Positions 29,871 to 36,944 of a stretch of DNA of 64,000 nucleotides are shown in pieces (position 1 is the first letter of the stretch; the number at the start of each line of letters is the position of its first letter). The translations under genes and the position numbers were made by a program. Below the pieces are notes generated by a model, which was not told where the DNA came from, searched no databases, and worked only from the letters and a program-made list of their open reading frames with translations. The stretch covers positions 416,001-480,000 of the forward strand of contig CAVRDX010000001.1 in assembly GCA_963719945.1 (NCBI GenBank), given 5' to 3'. This DNA is from an uncultured Thermoplasmata archaeon (GTDB taxonomy: Archaea > Thermoplasmatota > Thermoplasmata > UBA10834).

Positions 29871-29940
29871 TTGTGTTGCATATTCCGGATGCCAGGTTCC
29901 ATATAAGAATCAATCGAATAGATTGCCGTTTCGTGCTTAT

Positions 29941-30387
29941 CTATTCGCTCGGGAATTTGCTTTGCACGTTTGCGAGATATTCACGTGCCCGAGCGATGGC
30001 GTTCTCTCTCTTTGCTGGATATGCCCTGATCTTTATCCTGATTGAGATGGCATCATCATCGGCAGCCAATCGTATAATCTCACGAAACGCATCTTGTTTG
30101 CTCAACCTGAGGAAAAGGTTGCATGCATCATCTATCCTCGATTCGATCGTCCTATCGATCTCTTCAAGGTCCTCTGCCTGCAACTTCCTGAAGACTCCAT
30201 CGATGGTCCGCATCTTTTCGGTACGTGCCTCGACTATCTCCATCTGATTTCCATGGTGTCCCTTTGCCATGGAAACATGCAGCTCGATCTCTCCCAATGC
30301 ATTGAGGATAGATTGTCTGACCTTCTCGATGTCCTCGGTCGAATGGCAGATGGCTCGGGCGCTAAGAGATGAAAAGTTCCTATTCAC
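29941..30387 (-). CDS. Predicted RNA-binding protein (DUF54/COG1325)
   Basis: HSTEDIEKV, GHHGN, LFLRLSKQ, KIRAYP. Confidence 0.82.
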   Translation of the reverse strand: MNRNFSSLSARAICHSTEDIEKVRQSILNALGEIELHVSMAKGHHGNQMEIVEARTEKMRTIDGVFRKLQAEDLEEIDRTIESRIDDACNLFLRLSKQDAFREIIRLAADDDAISIRIKIRAYPAKRENAIARAREYLANVQSKFPSE

Positions 30388-30533
30388 ATTCTGCGTAAAT
30401 GCGTACCTCATATCTAAATCCGTCTCGCGTCGCGCTTCCACGTGCCAGGTCATATCATTGCAGGGTCCCGTACTAGTAGGTGAGAGAATACTTAATATGC
30501 CGAAGTCGCTAACGCATAAATTGGTGCATCCGG

Positions 30534-31091
30534 GTGATTGAGGTAAGGTTTCATGGTAGAGGCGGCCAGGGGGTCGTAATAGCCTCGGAAGTCCTGGCGA
30601 AAGCAGCCTTCAAGATGGGATTCGAAGTATCATCCTTCCCTTTCTTCGGCGTCGAGCGGCGTGGTGCACCAGTCACTGCATATGCTCGTATTGACAAGAA
30701 TCCCATCAGGATCAAATCAAGCATCTACGAACCCGATTATATTGTCGTGCTTGACAGCACTCTGCTGAAGGGTGTGGATCTCTTCGAAGGCCTCAAACCT
30801 GGAGGCAAGATTCTGATAAACTACCCTGATGATAAGACTCTTCCTGGGATGTCTGACCAATTCAAGTATTATACATTGGATGCAACAGGTATCGCCGCGA
30901 CACATGGCATCGGATCCAAGATGACACCCATAGTAAATACCGCAATCATGGGCGGGTTCGCAAAGATGAGCGATTGGGTGTCGATCGAGGCGATGTTGGA
31001 GATTATCCGGGAGGTCGCCCCGGTCAAGAAGGAAGAGAATGTCGAGGCGGCCCGGGAAGCATACGAGCGGACTAGAGAGGTTGCCGTATGA
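30534..31091 (+). CDS. porC: 2-oxoacid:ferredoxin oxidoreductase gamma subunit
   Basis: EVRFHGRGGQGVV, FGVERRGAPV, IVNTAIMG. Confidence 0.92.
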   Translation: MIEVRFHGRGGQGVVIASEVLAKAAFKMGFEVSSFPFFGVERRGAPVTAYARIDKNPIRIKSSIYEPDYIVVLDSTLLKGVDLFEGLKPGGKILINYPDDKTLPGMSDQFKYYTLDATGIAATHGIGSKMTPIVNTAIMGGFAKMSDWVSIEAMLEIIREVAPVKKEENVEAAREAYERTREVAV

Positions 31092-31360
31092 CAAAGAGCT
31101 ACGAAGAGATACCGCTGACGCCGATATCGGACAAGCCAAGCACGATGAACATGACCGGCCTTTGGAGGGCATTCAGGCCAATTGTCGATATATCCAAGTG
31201 CAAGAGATGCACTATCTGCTGGAAGTTCTGTCCAGATGCTGCAATAAGGCTCGTGGACTTCGTGCCAGTGATCGACCTGAAATACTGCAAGGGATGTGGC
31301 ATCTGCTCCGCCGAATGCCCTGCGGAATGCATCGAGATGGTGAAGGAGGGTATCGAATGA
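31088..31360 (+). CDS. porD: 2-oxoacid:ferredoxin oxidoreductase delta (2x[4Fe-4S]) subunit
   Basis: TGLWRAFRP, CKRCTICWKFCP, CKGCGICSAECP. Confidence 0.92.
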   Translation: MTKSYEEIPLTPISDKPSTMNMTGLWRAFRPIVDISKCKRCTICWKFCPDAAIRLVDFVPVIDLKYCKGCGICSAECPAECIEMVKEGIE

Positions 31361-32544
31361 GAAAGGTGATGACCGGGAACTACGCATCGGCCTATGCGGC
31401 GAAGCTATCTCGAGTGGAAGTCATCGCAGCTTACCCTATCACTCCTCAGACTTCCATCGTCGAGAAGCTCGCGGAGCTTGTCTCAACCGGAGAGCTGAAG
31501 GCCAAGTTCGTCTCGGTGGAGAGCGAGCACAGCGCTATGGCTGCATGCATATCTGCGTCAATCGCTGGGGCGAGGACTTATACGGCTACTAGCTCGCACG
31601 GCCTCACCCTCATGCACGAGGTCTTGATGTGGGCGTCAGGTGCCAGACTGCCGATCGTGATAACAAATGTGAGCCGGGCCATGGCTCCACCATGGAGCGT
31701 ATGGGTCGACCACATGGACTCCATCGCCCAGAGGGACACGGGTTGGCTGCAGTTCTTCTGTTCGAGCAATCAGGAAGTCCTGGACACTACGATCATGGCA
31801 TACAAGGTCTGCGAGAGCAGGAACGTGATGCTTCCGGCAATGGTGATCGAGGACGCATTCATACTCTCTCATACCTCCGAACCCGTCGATTTGCCCGATC
31901 AGGAAGCCATCGATTCGTTCCTGCCATCGTTCTCGCCTGAGCTGAAGGTGGAGGTCGGCAGGCCGATGGGCTTCGGATCACTTGTGAAGCCCGATCAGTA
32001 CATGGAGTTCAGATACAAGGCGATGCTCGCGATGAAAGCGGCTCGGGAGAGGATACTCCGTGTGGAGAAGGAGTTCAAGCAGGTGTTCGGGAGGGAATAC
32101 GGAGGCCTGCTGGAGAACTACCGTTGTGACGACGCTGAAGTGGTTCTGGTAGCTGCGGGATCCACGGCCGCCACCGCCATGGATGTGGTCGATAGCCTGA
32201 GGGAGAAAGGACAGAAGGTAGGACTTGCCAGGCTGAGGGTGTTCAGGCCGTTCCCGCATGAGGAGTTCAGGGCACTCGCAAGCAAGGTTGCCGGCATCGC
32301 GGTACTTGATCGGAGCTACACATTCGGCGTTTCGGGTGCATTCTTCACCGAGATCAAAGGATCGATCTACGACTGCCCCAAGAGACCCGCGATGAAGAAC
32401 TACATCGCTGGTCTGGGTGGGCGGGACATAACCCCGGCGATATTGGAGAAGATATTCGATGACATCCAACTCTTTGTCAAGCGCAGGGAGGAGACCGATG
32501 TCGAATGGGTCGATGTGGCAGGTCTCCCTAGGAGGTGGCACTGA
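31357..32544 (+). CDS. porA: 2-oxoacid:ferredoxin oxidoreductase alpha subunit
   Basis: AAYPITPQT, ESEHSAM, TATSSHGL, RVFRPFP, GLGGRD. Confidence 0.93.
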   Translation: MRKVMTGNYASAYAAKLSRVEVIAAYPITPQTSIVEKLAELVSTGELKAKFVSVESEHSAMAACISASIAGARTYTATSSHGLTLMHEVLMWASGARLPIVITNVSRAMAPPWSVWVDHMDSIAQRDTGWLQFFCSSNQEVLDTTIMAYKVCESRNVMLPAMVIEDAFILSHTSEPVDLPDQEAIDSFLPSFSPELKVEVGRPMGFGSLVKPDQYMEFRYKAMLAMKAARERILRVEKEFKQVFGREYGGLLENYRCDDAEVVLVAAGSTAATAMDVVDSLREKGQKVGLARLRVFRPFPHEEFRALASKVAGIAVLDRSYTFGVSGAFFTEIKGSIYDCPKRPAMKNYIAGLGGRDITPAILEKIFDDIQLFVKRREETDVEWVDVAGLPRRWH

Positions 32545-33434
32545 TGCCCAAGACTACCATCCCTGAGGAAGAGTACACATATCCTGGAAGCACGGGTTGT
32601 CCTGGATGCGGTGCAAACCTTGTGATGAGATACCTGTTGAAGGGTCTCGGGGAGAGGACCATCGTATCGATCCCGGCTTGTTGCTGGGCGGTGATGCCAG
32701 GATACTGGCCGAGCAACTGTCTGAAGGTTCCGCTCGTATATTCGGCCTTCGAGGCCACCGGCGCATCGATATCCGGATTGCGCGCTGCTCTGGATATGAA
32801 GGGCGTTGAGGATGTCACGGTGGTCGGATTCGCTGGTGATGGAGGGACCGTGGATATCGGCCTGCAATCGTTGTCCGGGGCCGCGGAGCGACAGACCGAT
32901 GCCATCTATGTGATGTACGATAACGAAGCCTACATGAACACTGGCATTCAAAGGAGCGGCTCCACCCCATGGGGCGCATGGACCACCACGACGCCAGTTG
33001 GTAAGAATCACGACTTCAAACAGGAGCAGAAGAAGGATATCATGGCTATAATGCAAGCTCACAGAGTGCCATACGCAGCGACGGTTTCCGTTGCGCATCC
33101 CGAGGATTTCATAAAGAAGGTCGAGAAGGCAAAGGCCATCAAGGGATTGAAGTTCATACACGCGCTATCGCCTTGCCCGCCTGGCTGGAAGGCCAACCCG
33201 ATGCATACGATCGGGATCGCAAGACTCGCTGTCGATACTCATGTGTTTCCACTCTATGAGATCGAGAACGGGAAGGTGCATGTGACGCGGAAAGGGAAGG
33301 GTCTGCCAGTGAGCGACTATCTGAAGCTCCAAGGGCGCTTCTCCCACCTGACTCCGGATGAGGTATCCTCGATACAGAGTGCGGTGGAGGCTAATTGGGC
33401 CCTTCTGCTGGAGAAAGAAGAATCCGGCACATGA
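32535..33434 (+). CDS. porB: 2-oxoacid:ferredoxin oxidoreductase beta subunit
   Basis: GCPGCG, GDGGTVDIG, YDNEAYMNTGIQRS, SPCPPGW. Confidence 0.93.
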   Translation: MALMPKTTIPEEEYTYPGSTGCPGCGANLVMRYLLKGLGERTIVSIPACCWAVMPGYWPSNCLKVPLVYSAFEATGASISGLRAALDMKGVEDVTVVGFAGDGGTVDIGLQSLSGAAERQTDAIYVMYDNEAYMNTGIQRSGSTPWGAWTTTTPVGKNHDFKQEQKKDIMAIMQAHRVPYAATVSVAHPEDFIKKVEKAKAIKGLKFIHALSPCPPGWKANPMHTIGIARLAVDTHVFPLYEIENGKVHVTRKGKGLPVSDYLKLQGRFSHLTPDEVSSIQSAVEANWALLLEKEESGT

Positions 33435-33445
33435 TCCAGTCTGAC

Positions 33446-34546
33446 TCAGAGTATTGGCACAAGTCTTCTCCGCTTATAGCCGACCACGACTTTGACGCTG
33501 CCTCTGAGCTGTGCATCCAACGACGCATCTCCTGTGTCAACTCTCAGCTGGGGCGTAGATAGTAGTTTTGTTGGCGTGCATATTATGATCACATTATCCA
33601 GTCCAACTCGCCTGATAACCTCGGGAGATATCTGCTGATTGCCTCGCCCGAACAGAAACCCTTGGGCGCCGATCGGCGAGACGATTATCCTCGCCGGTCT
33701 CCCTGAAGCCATGATTGCTTCAAGGTCTCTCTCGGATGCATCGCGGCATACGATGTAGCCATCCCTGTAGACATCTACGCCCAGCAAGGTCTTGTCCGCC
33801 TGCATCGCTTCTGCGATGTGGGAGGTTGTGCCTCCTGGGCCGATGATGTATGTGATATCGGGTTCCATCGTGTCTACCATGAACTGGCCCAATTCCGTCA
33901 TTTCATCGTCGGCCGTGCCCGAAGCAAAGGATTGTTTTCCAGTCTGCATATGTAGGCAATCGTCAGGCACGCGCGCCACCCCGAATAGACGACTTATGAC
34001 CTTGCCATCCCTGAATGCTTCCTCATCTATGTCCATAACATCGGCTTCTTCAGATGTTCGGGATATGAGGAATGACTGAATCACCTGCGACAAGGCTTGG
34101 GGTGTGTTCAAGAAGACTGCAGAATGCATCTTGACTCCTGCCGGAACGCCCAAGATCGGGATAGTGGTGCCGACCACAGACAAGACATCCCTCGCGGTCC
34201 CGTCTCCTCCGACGAATATGATTATCTCAGCACCTTCGTCGATGAACATTGCCACACTGGTCCTAGTATCCTCGGAATCCGTCTCCGGTTTGGCTTTGTA
34301 GACCACTTGAGACGTCAATCCGACTGCGTTGAGGGCGCTCTCCCCCATGATTCCAGAACAGGTGACGAACTCGATTGGGAGCTCTGCAGATTTGATTCCA
34401 CGCAACGAATCGATGGCTCTCTGCTCAGCCATCCTGACCGCTCCTCGATTCACGGCCTCTGCAACCGCATCGGCTCCGTCAGTCCCCTTCAGACCGACCG
34501 GTCCTCCCATGCCGGCGATTGGATTGATGACGAAGCCAGCCTTCAT
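33446..34546 (-). CDS. ATP-NAD kinase family protein (COG3199-like)
   Basis: INPIAGMGGPVGLKGTDG, GGDGTARD, GVPAGVKMHS, QGFLFGRGNQQ. Confidence 0.88.
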   Translation of the reverse strand: MKAGFVINPIAGMGGPVGLKGTDGADAVAEAVNRGAVRMAEQRAIDSLRGIKSAELPIEFVTCSGIMGESALNAVGLTSQVVYKAKPETDSEDTRTSVAMFIDEGAEIIIFVGGDGTARDVLSVVGTTIPILGVPAGVKMHSAVFLNTPQALSQVIQSFLISRTSEEADVMDIDEEAFRDGKVISRLFGVARVPDDCLHMQTGKQSFASGTADDEMTELGQFMVDTMEPDITYIIGPGGTTSHIAEAMQADKTLLGVDVYRDGYIVCRDASERDLEAIMASGRPARIIVSPIGAQGFLFGRGNQQISPEVIRRVGLDNVIIICTPTKLLSTPQLRVDTGDASLDAQLRGSVKVVVGYKRRRLVPIL

Positions 34547-34634
34547 CGAGACGGTTAGCGACTTGCGACTAGAAACCATTTGTCGTCATCAGCTGCCTGA
34601 AAAACACCAGTGAAAGGGGTTTTCTGTCCGATAG

Positions 34635-35042
34635 TCATACCCAAGCGAAGTTATTCTTTGACGGCGGCAAGATGAATCGCTCCGCTTCCTGTATGGAATC
34701 GAATCTCCACGTATGCACGGATGCCAGTTTCGGAGGTTCGCGGCCTGAGGCAGTCCATACCTTCACATGAACATCGAAGCTGTCTGTATCCTCATGAGAC
34801 ATCCTCTTCATCATCACGTTGCCCATGGTTCCATTCAGATGCTTTCCGGTGCCGTACCGTGAGGGTACGAACACTGAACCGATCAACTTCTCCTCATTCA
34901 CCGGCACGGAATCTGGGTCGAAGACGATCGGCTCGCAGAGCCTCCTGACTTCGTCTTCGAGATAGTCATTCCTGACCTCGTTCCATTCCGACTCGTCGAT
35001 CGTCTGAAGCCAATTCCCGGAACCCTTGAGGATGTGTCTCAT
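34635..35042 (-). CDS. Hypothetical protein downstream of the short ftsZ
   Basis: 135-aa ORF with GGAGG-like RBS, 35 nt after the ftsZ stop; no recognised motif. Confidence 0.6.
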   Translation of the reverse strand: MRHILKGSGNWLQTIDESEWNEVRNDYLEDEVRRLCEPIVFDPDSVPVNEEKLIGSVFVPSRYGTGKHLNGTMGNVMMKRMSHEDTDSFDVHVKVWTASGREPPKLASVHTWRFDSIQEAERFILPPSKNNFAWV

Positions 35043-35077
35043 GGGCTGCGCCTCCGCTCACGTGTCTCCTTGGCTTC

Positions 35078-35860
35078 TCAGAAGAAGCCAGGTCCGAAAC
35101 TGTTGAGCATCGGATTCAGATCGGCATGTATCATCGGTCCTTCCATTCCTGGGGGCATTGTCTGTGGGACCTCTTCCGATGCATCCGTGAATCCGGATAT
35201 CTCTTCCATGAGCGAGCTCACATACGAGCTGGTCTGTTGGGAAACGGAGTCCACGATCTTCATGACGCTCCTGTCGATGACTCCCATTGCCTCAGAGATC
35301 GGCAAATCGTCTCCCAGGCCGACCAACTTGTTATTGTCGAGCACGACCGTGAAATTCGCGTTTTCCTTTAGCTTGCCGAGCCCATGCATCGCAGTCTTCC
35401 TGCGCTGTGCGCCCTCTACATCGAATGGAAGTATCGGTACAGCGAACGAGATCGCGTTCATCTCCTTGGCGACATTTGCCACTATGGGCGCAACGCCCGT
35501 ACCCGTGCCGCCGCCCATCCCTGCGACGACGAACACGATGTCGTAGCCTCTTATCGCCTCTCTTATGACCTCGCGAGCCTTCTCCGCGCAATGCTCACCG
35601 ATCTCAGGGTAGCCGCTGGCATCTTTGCCAAAGGACACATCCTTGCCTATCAACACCTTCCGGTGAGCATCTGTCTTCCTCAAATGCTCCTCATCCGTGT
35701 TGATGGCAACGGTCTCGACTCTATTGTGCTTCCAGTACATCCCATGCACAATATTCGAGCCTGCCCCTCCGCAGCCAACGACTGCAATCGTCGGTTCGCC
35801 CAAACTCACTCCCAATGAATTGATTATCTCTTCCGTCCTGCTCCCTTCTTCCGCCGTCAT
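35078..35860 (-). CDS. ftsZ: FtsZ-family protein comprising only the GTP-binding N-terminal domain
   Basis: VVGCGGAGSN, AINTD, tubulin signature GMGGGTGTG, PFDVEG..R, DNNKL; 260 aa; no canonical NxDFAD T7 loop and no C-terminal domain. Confidence 0.88.
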   Translation of the reverse strand: MTAEEGSRTEEIINSLGVSLGEPTIAVVGCGGAGSNIVHGMYWKHNRVETVAINTDEEHLRKTDAHRKVLIGKDVSFGKDASGYPEIGEHCAEKAREVIREAIRGYDIVFVVAGMGGGTGTGVAPIVANVAKEMNAISFAVPILPFDVEGAQRRKTAMHGLGKLKENANFTVVLDNNKLVGLGDDLPISEAMGVIDRSVMKIVDSVSQQTSSYVSSLMEEISGFTDASEEVPQTMPPGMEGPMIHADLNPMLNSFGPGFF

Positions 35861-35954
35861 CCTTTTCTGGCCTCCGTTCACCGTTGACAATCGAGAGAGG
35901 ACCCTCTCTGCTGAGAGAATCCCCCCACCACGCCAAGGCGCCCACAAACGGTGC

Positions 35955-36335
35955 CTACGCTCGGGGAACGATCTTAACCGTGCTCCTCTGTTGGGTCACG
36001 TCCTTCTTTATGGTCTCCACGTGATCCGCGTGGAGGAAGTGGTGTCGGGCGCAATCGCTGAGCGCTTCGGATACTGAATTGTAGACTCCCTCGGCCACGA
36101 GGTGTACAACCGTATCCATCACTAGAGGTGGTAGCTCCACAACCACCTCATTCGGTTTGCTGTTCGCTCCCTCTGCACAGCCTAGCTTAGCATCCATGTA
36201 TGCGCGTATTGCAGCGCGTGCTAGTTGCGACCTGTTGGAGAACTCCTTGCTGTTCGTTATGAACTCATCGATTAGTCGGAGATCATCCGAGTCAAGGCGA
36301 AGAGTTATCCGTTCATTCTCCAACGGGTCGTTCAT
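35955..36335 (-). CDS. Tandem ribbon-helix-helix regulator, CdrS-like
   Basis: ERITLRL...EFSNRSQLARAAIR resembles haloarchaeal CdrS; second RHH-like unit EVVVELP...GVYNSVSEAL; directly upstream of ftsZ. Confidence 0.8.
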   Translation of the reverse strand: MNDPLENERITLRLDSDDLRLIDEFITNSKEFSNRSQLARAAIRAYMDAKLGCAEGANSKPNEVVVELPPLVMDTVVHLVAEGVYNSVSEALSDCARHHFLHADHVETIKKDVTQQRSTVKIVPRA

Positions 36336-36376
36336 GTGTGCATCCCATCCCGATTTGCTGACGCAGAAGGAACATA

Positions 36377-36489
36377 TGTCATACAATCATATATATAGGT
36401 ATCCAAAATGTCACATTTCGTCTGATAATGTCATACCAAGTCCACTGGCCTGTCATAACTGTGTCTTCAAACTGTGCCGCCAGTCATCC
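36377..36489. repeat. Phased TGTCAT-like direct repeats around the RHH-ftsZ promoter
   Basis: TGTCATAC 36377, TGTCACAT 36409, TGTCATAC 36429, TGTCATAA 36451, TGTCTTCA 36462, AGTCATCC 36482; TATATATA box at about 36390-36397. Confidence 0.6.
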
Positions 36490-36583
36490 AATTCAATGAT
36501 TGCACCAATGAGTCCAGTTCCGCGGGCAAGCTTTATCAACAGCATCCTGTATGCATCATTTAGCCTAGAGGGGAATCTACTAG

Positions 36584-36877
36584 ATGGCATCAAATGATGA
36601 TAGCAAACGCAAGAAGCCCTTCAAACTGAATGGAACACCTATCGTGGTGGGGGTCGGTATAGCGTTGTTCGTCATGGGTTTCGTGATTACAGTATATTCG
36701 TTATCCTCGCTCGAGACTGTCAGCGCTGAGAGCGATGGATCTGCATCCGAATCCCAAGTTTTCAGTTCATCCTCTCTGCCATTGTTCATCGGCCTTGCAC
36801 TCAGCCTCGCGGGAGTAGTATCAGCAACTGCGGGTCCAGCGGCGTTCTTCTTGCATAGCAAGAGGCGCGAAGCTTGA
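36584..36877 (+). CDS. Small two-TM membrane protein
   Basis: Two hydrophobic segments, basic termini. Confidence 0.6.
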   Translation: MASNDDSKRKKPFKLNGTPIVVGVGIALFVMGFVITVYSLSSLETVSAESDGSASESQVFSSSSLPLFIGLALSLAGVVSATAGPAAFFLHSKRREA

Positions 36878-36944
36878 GTATATCGATCTCTCAAGAAACC
36901 TTTTATTGGTATCAACCATTCCGTCATACCGCTGGCTGAGCAAG

